Positions 26,928-36,101 of a stretch of 64,000 nt of DNA are shown piece after piece. A model generated the notes under the pieces. The model saw only the letters and a program-made list of their open reading frames with translations, was not told the origin of the DNA and made no database searches. The position numbers and the translations under genes are program-made. Location of the stretch: NCBI GenBank assembly GCA_963652335.1, contig CAVJSS010000002.1, forward strand, positions 27,718 through 91,717, in the 5' to 3' direction. Within the stretch, counting starts at the first letter, position 1. Each line of letters opens with the position of its first letter. This stretch comes from an uncultured Eubacteriales bacterium (GTDB lineage Bacteria > Bacillota_I > Bacilli_A > RFN20 > CAG-826).

Positions 26928-27910
26928 AAGACGTCCTCCTTGGCAAGGGAAATGATTGTATGGTCGAGCAGCAACGATGGGTTGACGTTCGTGTCTAAAT
27001 CGGATTTCGCTTTCAAAAGGAAATCCAATTTTTTCGATAAAGAATTCTTGTTGGTTATAAGCGGCTTTAAATCTTCCTCGTAACTTGGGAGATTTGGTTT
27101 GAAACCATATGCGATATTGAGCAATTCGCGATAGATGATGATCAAAAGATCGATCAAGGTACCAGCTTTGGCTTTGGTGGCGTAAGGCGGGTTGATTTGG
27201 GTTTGAAATAAATAGATGGTTTTGTCTCCGTCTTGATTCAAAGCAAAGCAAGCCTGTCTCATTAAAAATGGAAGCTCATCGGAACCTTCTTCTTTTAGCT
27301 TTTCCTCGACCAATTCCGGAGCTCCGTAAAAGAAAGAAAGGAGTTCCGACTTCTTTTTGTCCAAATTAAGCTCTTCGCATCCTTTTAATATTTTTTCTCT
27401 TGGCATTGCGTCAAGACGGATCACTTCGCATCGGGAAATGATAGTTGGCAATATTTTCGAAGAATTCTCGGAAGTCAAAATCGCATAGGTTCCCGGAGTG
27501 GGCTCTTCTAAAAACTTCAATAAGGCGTTGGTGGCGTTTGCAACCATGTTTTCGGCGAGGTTGATGATATATATCATTACCCCTTTGGCTTCTACGGAAG
27601 TTTTCGAGAAAGCCGAAGTCAGCTCGACGACATCGCCCTTTTTGATGGAATTTTCTGCTCCATCGAAAATCATTAAGTCGGTGTAGGTTCCTTCATCGAT
27701 CCTTTTGCAGCTCACGCAGGTGTCGTCGGCTAAAGGGCTTGGATGGTCACAAACGATCGACTTGGCTAAAAAGATAGCGATTTCCATAAGGGGGACGCCT
27801 TTTTCACCGGCAAGCAAATACGCGTGGGAGAGCCTTCCTTGCTTCAAGGAATTGCTTAGCACACGATAGCAAACTGGTTGGTATTCTTTTAGGTATTTAT
27901 CGATTTGCAT
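26924..27910 (-). CDS. holB: DNA polymerase III delta' subunit
   Basis: RLSHAYLLAGEKG, the zinc-module-like CDHPSPLADDTCVSCKR, and TIISRCEVIRL. Confidence 0.85.
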   Translation of the reverse strand: MQIDKYLKEYQPVCYRVLSNSLKQGRLSHAYLLAGEKGVPLMEIAIFLAKSIVCDHPSPLADDTCVSCKRIDEGTYTDLMIFDGAENSIKKGDVVELTSAFSKTSVEAKGVMIYIINLAENMVANATNALLKFLEEPTPGTYAILTSENSSKILPTIISRCEVIRLDAMPREKILKGCEELNLDKKKSELLSFFYGAPELVEEKLKEEGSDELPFLMRQACFALNQDGDKTIYLFQTQINPPYATKAKAGTLIDLLIIIYRELLNIAYGFKPNLPSYEEDLKPLITNKNSLSKKLDFLLKAKSDLDTNVNPSLLLDHTIISLAKEDVL

Positions 27911-28532
27911 TGTTCAATTTGGCTTTTATTGCGTTATATGCCTCTTCTAGGACTTCGGCGGGAGATTTCGATGCATCGATTATCACGTAACGTTCGGGAT
28001 AACGAGAGGCAAGATATAGAAAAGATGAACGGACCCTTTGATGGAATTCCATTTTCTCCACGTCCAAGCGGTTGATTTCTCTGTCGGAATTGGCAGAGAT
28101 GCGTGCCAACCCTAGTTCTGGATTAAGGTCGAAGAATATGGTTATATCTGGCCATAATCCATCAATGGCGGGTTTGTTTATTTCCAAAACCAAATCCATT
28201 CCAAGACCCCTTGCGCCGCCTTGATAAGCCAAAGAAGAATCCAAAAACCTATCGCATAAGACAAGTTTGTCTTCTTTTAAGGCGGGGCGGACTTTTTCAA
28301 TCACATGTTGGCGCCTAGCGGCAGCATACAAAAGAGCTTCCGTTATCGGATCCATTTCGGTGTTCTTTTTGTTTAAGATGACTTCTCTTATTTGCTCGGA
28401 AATCGAAGTTCCTCCTGGCTCTCTGGTCAAAAGGATGTCATAGCCTTCGCTTTTTAGTTTTTCGACCAAGGATTTGATCGCGGTGGATTTGCCAGAGCCT
28501 TCCCCGCCTTCGAAAGTAACGAACAAACTCAT
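27897..28532 (-). CDS. tmk: thymidylate kinase
   Basis: FVTFEGGEGSGKST P-loop, TREPGGT, DRFLDSSLAYQG. Confidence 0.9.
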   Translation of the reverse strand: MSLFVTFEGGEGSGKSTAIKSLVEKLKSEGYDILLTREPGGTSISEQIREVILNKKNTEMDPITEALLYAAARRQHVIEKVRPALKEDKLVLCDRFLDSSLAYQGGARGLGMDLVLEINKPAIDGLWPDITIFFDLNPELGLARISANSDREINRLDVEKMEFHQRVRSSFLYLASRYPERYVIIDASKSPAEVLEEAYNAIKAKLNNANR

Positions 28533-29125
28533 AAACTCTTTCTCCCTTCAAAGGCTTTCGTCAAAGTCAGTGAATCGGCGTAATCGAGAGACCCTCCAGC
28601 CGGCAAACCTGTAGCCAAACGCGTGACGTTAACGTCCAACGGTTCCAAAATCTTAGCTATGAACAAAGCGGTTGTCTGACCCTCTATCGTTGCCGATGTC
28701 GCTATTATCACTTCTTTGATCGAGCCGTTTCTGACCCGATTGACCAAAGACTCTAAAGCGATGTCGTTTGGACCGATTCCGTGACTTGCGTTGATTAGCC
28801 CACCTAAGACATGATATAAGCCATTGAAAGTCTGGGTTTTTTCGATGGCGTATGCGTCCTTGGGTTCGGCGATGACGGCGATGATGGACCGGTCTCTTTC
28901 TTCGTTTGAGCAGATTTCGCACCTATCGTCTTCGGTATATAAGCCGCATATCGGGCAACGATGGACGCGTTTGCCGACCAAATCGATGGCTGATGAAAAC
29001 ATCGACCTGTCCCCACCGTCCATATTCAGGACGGCATAAGCCATCCTCTCGGCGGTTTTGACTCCGACTCCAGGAAGTTTGGCAAAGCTTTCGGTCAAAG
29101 AAATTATTGACGGAAGTTCCTTCAT
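28529..29125 (-). CDS. recR: recombination protein RecR
   Basis: LPGVGVKTAERMA HhH motif, the C4 zinc finger CPICGLYTEDDRCEIC, and a Toprim region. Confidence 0.95.
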   Translation of the reverse strand: MKELPSIISLTESFAKLPGVGVKTAERMAYAVLNMDGGDRSMFSSAIDLVGKRVHRCPICGLYTEDDRCEICSNEERDRSIIAVIAEPKDAYAIEKTQTFNGLYHVLGGLINASHGIGPNDIALESLVNRVRNGSIKEVIIATSATIEGQTTALFIAKILEPLDVNVTRLATGLPAGGSLDYADSLTLTKAFEGRKSL

Positions 29126-29430
29126 TAGAACCCCAATCCCCCACGAGCGCCAGTGATTCTTTCTTGGCTTTCGGCTTCTTCTTTGGATATTTTTTCTAAA
29201 GCTTCATTGACGGCCATGACGATCGCTTCTTCGACCATATCTTTGTTTTCTGGGTCTAAGGCGTCTTTGTCGATGCTGATCGACTTGACGGTTTTATCTC
29301 CCATCATGACAAGATTGATTATGCCGGCTTTGCTGACTTTGAATTCGGTTTCGGCTAAAGCGGCTTGGGCTTTGGCTAATTCGCGCTGCATTTTTTGGGC
29401 GCGCATAAGCATTTCTTGCATTTGATTCAT
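29125..29430 (-). CDS. ybaB: YbaB/EbfC nucleoid-associated protein
   Basis: 101 aa with MLMRAQKMQRELAKAQ...AGIINLVMMGDKTVKSISIDKD. Conserved dnaX-ybaB-recR order. Confidence 0.9.
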   Translation of the reverse strand: MNQMQEMLMRAQKMQRELAKAQAALAETEFKVSKAGIINLVMMGDKTVKSISIDKDALDPENKDMVEEAIVMAVNEALEKISKEEAESQERITGARGGLGF

Positions 29431-29444
29431 TTTTTCAGGCTCCT

Positions 29445-31172
29445 TTAATCATTTGGCAGGTTAAGGACGATGTCCTTTTTGTTTGGCAGTTTGCCCAATT
29501 GGGCTTGGCTTGTATAGTATTTGATGGTACGGACCCTATCGGCGCTGTCTATGGCGTAAACGAAGACTTTCCGGCCTAAGAATTGGCTGACCAATTCCTG
29601 AATGGGCTTTTGGTTTTCTTTGATGTTGGCTTTGTCTTTCAAACTGGTGAAACCAAAACTTAAGATCAAAGCCTCCTTAGATAAGCAAAATGGGTTTCCT
29701 TGGCTTAACAATGTAGCGAGATTTCCGATTTTCGGATTGGCTTTAAGGTTGTTTAGTTGTGCCCAATCGTCCAATAAACGTTGTCTTTCGGTTTTGTCTG
29801 CCAACATCTGGATTTTGAATATTTCATCATCATCCAAATTGTATTTATCGCCTGAAATCGCGATGTTTGGTTTCTCGATTTTGGAAAGGTCCAATTTCGG
29901 CTTCGTTTCCTTTGGCTTGGCGGATTCTTGCTTAACATCGCTTGGCTTATCTTCCGGGAATAGAGGCTCCTCTTCCAATAAGAACGACGGTATTGGCTTC
30001 GTCTTTGGCTTTTCAACCGCCTTCGGCTTCTCAATGGTTTGTTGCTTAGTTTCGTTTGTCTGCCGAATTTTCATAGACGCGGTTGGGTTGGCTTTCGCTT
30101 CTTCGCTGGCTAAGCCAATCAATCTTAATTCAAACAAAGAACGGATATCCGATGCGGAACGGAAATCGTTTTGCAAATCAACCAACGAATAGGTGATTCT
30201 TCTCAAATCCGCAGTCGATACGGAATTTAAGAGCCTATCCGTTTGTTCTTGGCTCATCGATTTGATCAAAGACAGTTCTCTGGTGGCTGCGTAAATCAAT
30301 CCGTCCTTGCCGAGATCGATTAAATCGGACGCCAATCTTTTCAAATCGATTCCGCCGGAAACGAACGAATCGAATTTGCGCTTCAAAGACGAAATGTCGT
30401 GATTAACGATATCGATGAAGATATTTATCTTTTCGTTAATCGAAGCCAATCCGAACAATTCCAACACATCTTTCTCTTTCAAAGAATTGTCGCTATAAGC
30501 CAAAACCTGATCGAGAATGGAAAGGGCGTCACGCATCCCGCCATCGGCAAGGGAAATGATCTCGTCGATGCCAGATTCTTCATATTCGGCCCTTTCTTCG
30601 TTCAAAACCTCGATCAATTTGGCTTTCATGTCCTCCTCGCCGACTTTAGAAAAATCATATCTTTGACATCTGGATACGATGGTTGGGAGGATTTTCTGCG
30701 GTTCGGTCGTGCAAAGGATGAAAACGACGTCCTCTGGGGGTTCTTCCAAAGTCTTGAGCAAGGCGTTGAACGCTCCGGCCGACATCATATGGACTTCGTC
30801 GATTATATATATCTTCATGCGGCCCTTAATAGGGGCGTATTTGATGCGATCGATGAGGTCTCTTACCTGTTCCACTCCGTTATTCGAGGCGGCGTCGATT
30901 TCGATTACGTCTGGATGAGACGATTCGGCTATTGCGACGCAATTCGAACATTGGCAGCATTGGTGGCCGATCCCTTCCTCGCAGTTGATGGCTTTGGCAA
31001 AAAGCCTAGCCATGGTCGTCTTGCCGGTGCCTCTTGGGCCGGTAAAAAGATATGAATGCCCGATTTTGTCATTTTTCAAAGCGTTTTTCAATGTGCGGAC
31101 TATGGTCTTTTGCCCCGCCACTTGTTCAAAGGTTTGAGGCCGATACGTTAGATATAAGGAACGATATGACAT
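29445..31172 (-). CDS. dnaX: DNA polymerase III tau/gamma subunit
   Basis: Start MSYRSLYLTYRPQTF at 31172 with a GAGGAAG SD. Walker A GPRGTGKTT, zinc module CEEGIGHQCCQCSNC, SRCQRYDF. Confidence 0.9.
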   Translation of the reverse strand: MSYRSLYLTYRPQTFEQVAGQKTIVRTLKNALKNDKIGHSYLFTGPRGTGKTTMARLFAKAINCEEGIGHQCCQCSNCVAIAESSHPDVIEIDAASNNGVEQVRDLIDRIKYAPIKGRMKIYIIDEVHMMSAGAFNALLKTLEEPPEDVVFILCTTEPQKILPTIVSRCQRYDFSKVGEEDMKAKLIEVLNEERAEYEESGIDEIISLADGGMRDALSILDQVLAYSDNSLKEKDVLELFGLASINEKINIFIDIVNHDISSLKRKFDSFVSGGIDLKRLASDLIDLGKDGLIYAATRELSLIKSMSQEQTDRLLNSVSTADLRRITYSLVDLQNDFRSASDIRSLFELRLIGLASEEAKANPTASMKIRQTNETKQQTIEKPKAVEKPKTKPIPSFLLEEEPLFPEDKPSDVKQESAKPKETKPKLDLSKIEKPNIAISGDKYNLDDDEIFKIQMLADKTERQRLLDDWAQLNNLKANPKIGNLATLLSQGNPFCLSKEALILSFGFTSLKDKANIKENQKPIQELVSQFLGRKVFVYAIDSADRVRTIKYYTSQAQLGKLPNKKDIVLNLPND

Positions 31173-31201
31173 AACTTCCTCATTATAGCCATTATCCTTG
31201 A

Positions 31202-31217
31202 TTCTCACTAGTGAGAA
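31202..31217. promoter_or_regulatory. perfect 16-bp palindrome TTCTCACTAGTGAGAA in the dnaX/prfA divergent region
   Basis: Read directly from the sequence: 30 nt upstream of the dnaX ATG and about 25 nt upstream of the prfA -10 box. Function unknown. Confidence 0.3.
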
Positions 31218-31240
31218 CGTGTGGCGGTTATCCTTCAAAG

Positions 31241-31249
31241 TGATATAAT
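31241..31249 (+). promoter_or_regulatory. extended -10 promoter TGaTATAAT for prfA
   Basis: TGATATAAT 31241..31249, followed by a 25-nt leader with GGGAG SD. Confidence 0.55.
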
Positions 31250-31274
31250 CTAGCAGCAATCGGGAGAAACTTTT

Positions 31275-32357
31275 ATGGATGAAAGCATGAGAAAAAGGCT
31301 CAACGCCACCAAAACCAGATATGAGGAAATCGAACGCCAATTGTCTGAGGGCGATTTTTCATCCGACATTCGCGCCTTGACCGATTTATCCAAAGAACAA
31401 GCTTCTCTTCGTGAAGCTTACGATGCATATGAGGCATACCTTAAGCTCGAACAGGAAATCAAAGATGCTAACGAAATGATAAATTCCGGAGATCCAGAAT
31501 TGGAAGAATTCGCCAAAGAGCAACGCAGGGAAGACGAAAAGAAGATCGAAGAACTCGAATCCAACCTTAAGACCCTTCTTTTGCCGCAAGACCCAAACGA
31601 TTCCAAGAACATCATCGTAGAAATAAGAGGCGCCGTTGGTGGAGACGAAGCCAACATTTTCGCCGGCGACCTGCTTCGTATGTATCAACACTACGCCGAA
31701 GAGCAAGGCTGGAAAGTCCAGTTTCTAGATGGCGAAGAAGGCACGGCCGGGGGATATTCCTATGTTTCCTTTATGGTCAAAGGGGAAAACGTCTATTCCA
31801 AGCTGAAGTTCGAATCCGGCGCCCATCGCGTCCAACGTGTTCCAAAGACTGAAGCTTCTGGCAGGATACACACTTCTACCGCCACTGTTTTGGTTATGCC
31901 CGAAGCTGAAGAAGTCGATGTTAAAATCAACCCTGCCGACTTGAAGGTAGATACTTATAGATCTCAAGGAGCGGGAGGGCAAAACGTTAACAAAACGGAA
32001 TCAGCCGTACGAGTGACCCATATCCCAACCGGAATCGTCGTTTCTTGCCAAACAGAGAAAGCCCAGCTCCAAAACAAGGAAATTTGCATGAGGATGATTC
32101 GCGCCAAGGTCCAAGCTTATTATCAGGAGAAGGAAGATTCCGCTCGTGCTTCCGAAAGGAAGCTTAAAGTTGGGACTGGCGAAAGATCGGAAAAGATCCG
32201 CACATACAACTATCCTCAAAACCGCGTTACCGACCATCGAATCGGATTCACAACCAACACGTTAGATCGCGTAATGGAAGGAAAATTAGACGATATAATT
32301 GCCGCTTTGATTCATTTCGACCAAGAACAAAGATTGCTTGAGGAGAGCCAAAAATAA
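31275..32357 (+). CDS. prfA: peptide chain release factor 1
   Basis: PxT-type tripeptide region (RVPKTE) and GGQ motif RSQGAGGQNVNKTESAVR. Confidence 0.95.
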   Translation: MDESMRKRLNATKTRYEEIERQLSEGDFSSDIRALTDLSKEQASLREAYDAYEAYLKLEQEIKDANEMINSGDPELEEFAKEQRREDEKKIEELESNLKTLLLPQDPNDSKNIIVEIRGAVGGDEANIFAGDLLRMYQHYAEEQGWKVQFLDGEEGTAGGYSYVSFMVKGENVYSKLKFESGAHRVQRVPKTEASGRIHTSTATVLVMPEAEEVDVKINPADLKVDTYRSQGAGGQNVNKTESAVRVTHIPTGIVVSCQTEKAQLQNKEICMRMIRAKVQAYYQEKEDSARASERKLKVGTGERSEKIRTYNYPQNRVTDHRIGFTTNTLDRVMEGKLDDIIAALIHFDQEQRLLEESQK

Positions 32358-33217
32358 TGCCTAAAATCGGCGAAATATACAAAGAACAATACGAACTTTG
32401 CAAGTCATTTGACGTCCTTTCGGCCGATTTGAGGATTTTGATTGCCTATAATGAAGGCTTCGAGCAGCAAATCGACGTCATTTATCATAAAGACGACGAA
32501 ATGAAGCACCCTTCCCTTTTCGTTTCCCAATGTGAACGACTGAGGAAAGGAGAGCCGGTAGAATATATAATCAACGAGTCTCAGTTTTTGGGCCTCAATC
32601 TTTATGTTGACAGAAACGTATTGATTCCAAGAAACGAAACAGAAGAACTGGTTTCGATATTGTCTCAAAAAATATCTTCTTATTTTGATCCGAGAAATTA
32701 TTTGATGGTCGGGGACATAGGAACTGGGAGCGGCGCAATCGTTTTGGGTTTGAAATCTTTGTTCCCAAACTGGGTCTTTGCCGCTTCGGACATCAAAGAA
32801 GAAGCTCTAAATGTTGCAAAAAAGAATTTCGATAGATATTCAATCCAAGTGGACGCAAAACAAGGCGACGCCTTGGAACCGTGGATCAAAAACAACACAA
32901 AGTTTGATATTCTGATTTCGAACCCTCCCTACATTCTCCATAAAGAAGATGCTCAACAATCGGTTGTCGATTATGAACCCGATTCGGCTTTATGGCTAAC
33001 GAAAGAAAACGATGTTTACGAAAAAATCTTCAGAGACGTCTATAAAGTCAAACGCGGGGCATTGTTCATGGCTTTCGAAATCTCTCCAGACTTGATCGAG
33101 CACCTTAATTCTTTAATGGATAAATATCTCCATGATTATGAATGCGAGTTTGTCAAAGACCTGTCTGGGTTTGACAGATTTTTGTTCGTTTATTTAAAGG
33201 ATGACGAAAATGACTGA
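32357..33217 (+). CDS. prmC: release-factor glutamine N5-methyltransferase
   Basis: TAATG overlap with prfA. SAM motif DIGTGSGAI and catalytic ISNPPYI. Confidence 0.9.
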   Translation: MPKIGEIYKEQYELCKSFDVLSADLRILIAYNEGFEQQIDVIYHKDDEMKHPSLFVSQCERLRKGEPVEYIINESQFLGLNLYVDRNVLIPRNETEELVSILSQKISSYFDPRNYLMVGDIGTGSGAIVLGLKSLFPNWVFAASDIKEEALNVAKKNFDRYSIQVDAKQGDALEPWIKNNTKFDILISNPPYILHKEDAQQSVVDYEPDSALWLTKENDVYEKIFRDVYKVKRGALFMAFEISPDLIEHLNSLMDKYLHDYECEFVKDLSGFDRFLFVYLKDDEND

Positions 33218-33821
33218 AATAGTAGATGAAAACAATTTGGCGAAAGCGTCAGAGGCATTGAAAGAAGGCGGAATGGTTTGTTTTCCGACCGAAACGGTAT
33301 ACGGAATCGGAGTGATTTATGATTCAAGAGAGGCTTTCGATGATTTGGTTGCCGCAAAAAGACGTTCTCCAGATAAGCCTTTTGCCTTGATGTCGTCTTC
33401 TTTGGATATGGCGATGAAATTCATAGAGATCGATGGGAAAAGAAAAAAGCTTTTGGAGCGTTTTTTGCCTGGAGAAGTGACTTTCTTGACGAATGCGAAA
33501 CGCGATTTGCCTAGCTGGGTCACATTAGGGACCGGCGTCATAGGAATCAGGGTTCCCGCATCCAAATTGGTTCATGATTTGATAGAAACCGTCGGGAAGC
33601 CGTGCCTCGTTACCTCGGCCAACATGTCAGGCGAGCCCACTTCAGCCACGTTTGAAGAAGCCAAAGATGCGTTTGACGGAATCGCAGACGTTATCGTAAA
33701 CGGGAAATGTAATTCCTTACATGCTTCAACTATTATCGATATCACCCATGATGAGTTTAAACTTATTCGTAAAGGCGCGCTGAATTACGAAGACGTCTTA
33801 GATTATTGGAGGTCCATATGA
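33201..33821 (+). CDS. tsaC: L-threonylcarbamoyladenylate synthase (YwlC/TsaC, YrdC domain)
   Basis: GGMVCFPTETVYGIG, IGIRVPA and TSANMSGEP motifs. Confidence 0.85.
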   Translation: MTKMTEIVDENNLAKASEALKEGGMVCFPTETVYGIGVIYDSREAFDDLVAAKRRSPDKPFALMSSSLDMAMKFIEIDGKRKKLLERFLPGEVTFLTNAKRDLPSWVTLGTGVIGIRVPASKLVHDLIETVGKPCLVTSANMSGEPTSATFEEAKDAFDGIADVIVNGKCNSLHASTIIDITHDEFKLIRKGALNYEDVLDYWRSI

Positions 33822-34261
33822 TGATTAAGATTGCTTTAGGTTCCGATCATGGCGGCTACGTTTTGAAAGAAGAAATAGCCAAGCATTTGAAAAAAGAAGG
33901 ATATGAGGTCCTAAATTTGGGGACCTTCAGCGAAGAGGCTTGCGACTATCCTATTTATGGAGCGAAAGTCGGGCAGGCCGTCGCCGACAAGGATGCCGAT
34001 TTTGGAATCGTTGTTTGTGGTTCGGGAGAAGGAATAACCATGGCCGCGAACAAAATCAAAGGGGTTCGGGCCGGCATCGGCTATGATGACGCCGTTTCCG
34101 GCTTGCTTAGGGAACATAACAACGCCAATGTGATTGGCTTCGGCGCCAGATTCATGAAGCAAGAAGACGTCATCAGGCGTGTTGACATATTCTTAAAAAC
34201 TCCTTTCGCCGGCGGCAGACACGAAAAAAGAGTCAATCTCCTATCCGAATTGGAAAAATGA
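33818..34261 (+). CDS. rpiB: ribose-5-phosphate isomerase B
   Basis: IALGSDHGG, VVCGSGEGITMAANKIKGVRA. GGAGG SD at 33809..33813. Start is 33818 or 33821. Confidence 0.9.
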   Translation: MMIKIALGSDHGGYVLKEEIAKHLKKEGYEVLNLGTFSEEACDYPIYGAKVGQAVADKDADFGIVVCGSGEGITMAANKIKGVRAGIGYDDAVSGLLREHNNANVIGFGARFMKQEDVIRRVDIFLKTPFAGGRHEKRVNLLSELEK

Positions 34262-34296
34262 ATGTAAAAGTGCCCAGCTTGTGACTATTGATAGGC

Positions 34297-35442
34297 ATGA
34301 GCGCTTTTTTGTGTCCGAGATGCCATAATTCCGACCCGATTTTCATAGGTTATATAAAAGGCAAACCTTATTGTCGCCGATGTATTTCCTTTGCTGGCGA
34401 AGAGGCGCCCAAAACAGAAAGAAAGCCTTCGCCATCGCCTTTGGTTTTGAATTTCAAATTATCCGACGACCAACTAAAGATATCGAACCAAGTCAGAGAG
34501 AATTTCAAAAACGGGATAGACACATTGATCTACGCCGTATGCGGAGCGGGGAAAACCGAACTCGTTTATGGCGTTATCGCAGACGCTTTAAGGTTAGGGA
34601 GAACGGTCGGGTTCGCTCTTCCGAGAAGAGATGTCGTGATTGAACTTTATTGGAGGCTAAAGGAAGCGTTTCCAGAAGATAAAGTAATCGCTGTTTATGG
34701 AGGTCACACAAGTCAATTGGCTGGCGACATAATAGTGCTTACTACCCACCAAATATATAGATATCCAGCCTATTTCGATTTATTGATCATGGATGAAATA
34801 GACGCCTTCCCGTTCAAAGGAAGCGACATTCTTCATTCTTTTTATGAACAATCCGTAAGGGGTCGCGTGGTTCTTATGTCGGCTACCCCATCAGAAGACC
34901 TCATATCGAAATTCAAAGAAGAAGGTCGACAAGTCTTGGAATTGAAAACCAGGTTTCACAGACACGAGATCCCCGTTCCGAAAATTGAGTTTGGTTATAA
35001 AATCACGTTGATTATCAAACTCATTAAGAAACTAAGGGAATTTATCTCAGAAAAAAAGCCGGTTTTCGTTTTCGCTCCGACAATTGGGGAATGTGAGCGT
35101 TTATATTCGATAGTCAAGCGTTTTGTGCCTAAAGGAGACTGCGTCCATAGCAAAGACCAGCAAAGACAAACCAAGATTGATAAATTCAAGAAATCCGAAA
35201 TAAAATATTTAATAACAACATCTATTTTGGAACGAGGAATAACGATAAAGAACCTACAAGTTTTCGTTTTCCATGCCGATCAAGAAAAGATTTACGATAG
35301 TTCCACTTTGATCCAAATAGCAGGAAGGGTCGGTAGAAAGTGGGATGCGCCGGATGGAGAGGTGGTATTTTATGCAAGCAAAAGAACGAAAAGCATCGAT
35401 ACATCAATTAGAAACATCAAAGAGTGCAACCGCTGTTTGTAA
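34297..35442 (+). CDS. comFA: ComFA-like DEAD/DEAH-box helicase (competence)
   Basis: N-terminal zinc finger CPRCHN...CRRC, Walker A AVCGAGKTE, Walker B IMDEIDAF, SATP, QIAGRVGR. Confidence 0.75.
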   Translation: MSAFLCPRCHNSDPIFIGYIKGKPYCRRCISFAGEEAPKTERKPSPSPLVLNFKLSDDQLKISNQVRENFKNGIDTLIYAVCGAGKTELVYGVIADALRLGRTVGFALPRRDVVIELYWRLKEAFPEDKVIAVYGGHTSQLAGDIIVLTTHQIYRYPAYFDLLIMDEIDAFPFKGSDILHSFYEQSVRGRVVLMSATPSEDLISKFKEEGRQVLELKTRFHRHEIPVPKIEFGYKITLIIKLIKKLREFISEKKPVFVFAPTIGECERLYSIVKRFVPKGDCVHSKDQQRQTKIDKFKKSEIKYLITTSILERGITIKNLQVFVFHADQEKIYDSSTLIQIAGRVGRKWDAPDGEVVFYASKRTKSIDTSIRNIKECNRCL

Positions 35443-36034
35443 GCGGTGTTTCAAACCGATTCGCCGCTTCCAATTATCAGATGTTCTTTCTTATTCAAAT
35501 GTCTGTGAAACTTGCAAAAACGAGCTTAACCCTCATTTAAGAAAGAAAAAATGGAATGGAATCGATATTTATTGGTTTTACGATTATAACGAAAGCTTTA
35601 GGAGCAGCTTATTTTCTCTAAAAGGCTGCGGTGATTACGAAATGAGGGATATCTTTCTCAATCAAAAATCATCTTGGTTAAAATTGCGTTTTTTCAATCG
35701 CATCGTCGTTCCTGCGCCTAGCTTCGTTGGTAGAGATGAAAAACGAGGATTCAATCAGGCTGTCAGCATATTCGAAACCATTGGGTTGCCGTTGAAAAGA
35801 TGTTTGTTGAAGACCGAAGATAGAAAACAAGCCGATCTCTCGGCGAAAGAACGGTCCAAAATCGGCGAAGTGATCGAACTTGTTCCTAATACGAAACTTA
35901 CAGGAAAACGACTTCTTTTGGTCGATGACGTTATGACTACAGGCTCGACTATCAAGGCGTGCATCGATCTGCTTAAACGATTGAAGCCCCGCTCAATCGA
36001 AGTCTTGGTGCTCGCAAGAGTCACACGCACTTAG
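35372..36034 (+). CDS. comFC: ComFC-like phosphoribosyltransferase-domain protein
   Basis: CKRC...CETC zinc finger and PRTase motif LLLVDDVMTTGST. Start uncertain (35345, 35354 or 35372); it overlaps the comFA 3' end. Confidence 0.75.
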   Translation: MQAKERKASIHQLETSKSATAVCKRCFKPIRRFQLSDVLSYSNVCETCKNELNPHLRKKKWNGIDIYWFYDYNESFRSSLFSLKGCGDYEMRDIFLNQKSSWLKLRFFNRIVVPAPSFVGRDEKRGFNQAVSIFETIGLPLKRCLLKTEDRKQADLSAKERSKIGEVIELVPNTKLTGKRLLLVDDVMTTGSTIKACIDLLKRLKPRSIEVLVLARVTRT

Positions 36035-36063
36035 GCGATGCGCATTGCCTAGCACGCACGAAA

Positions 36064-36074
36064 TGATATATAAT
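36064..36074 (+). promoter_or_regulatory. TG-extended -10 region (TGATATATAAT) upstream of secA
   Basis: Read at 36064..36074. The GGAGG SD at 36090..36094 precedes the ATG at 36102. Confidence 0.45.
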
Positions 36075-36101
36075 CATTCGCGATTCTACGGAGGTAATAC
36101 A

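Noticed and set aside
26928-27251. N-terminal 108-codon extension of the ricT ORF. Similar 5' extensions occur on the jag, dnaX, secA, fic, fprA and HAD ORFs.
   Set aside because: The extensions overlap the upstream gene or promoter elements. Conserved N-termini begin at internal ATGs that have SDs or ATGA coupling.
29445-31172. Programmed -1 frameshift site (A AAA AAG) in dnaX giving a gamma subunit.
   Set aside because: No A-AAA-AAG heptamer with a downstream hairpin was seen in the coding strand.
31173-31274. SRP (4.5S/scRNA) gene, which often lies upstream of dnaX in Bacillota.
   Set aside because: Only 102 nt are available. They are occupied by promoter elements and a palindrome, and there is no GGAAGCAGCC-type domain IV motif.
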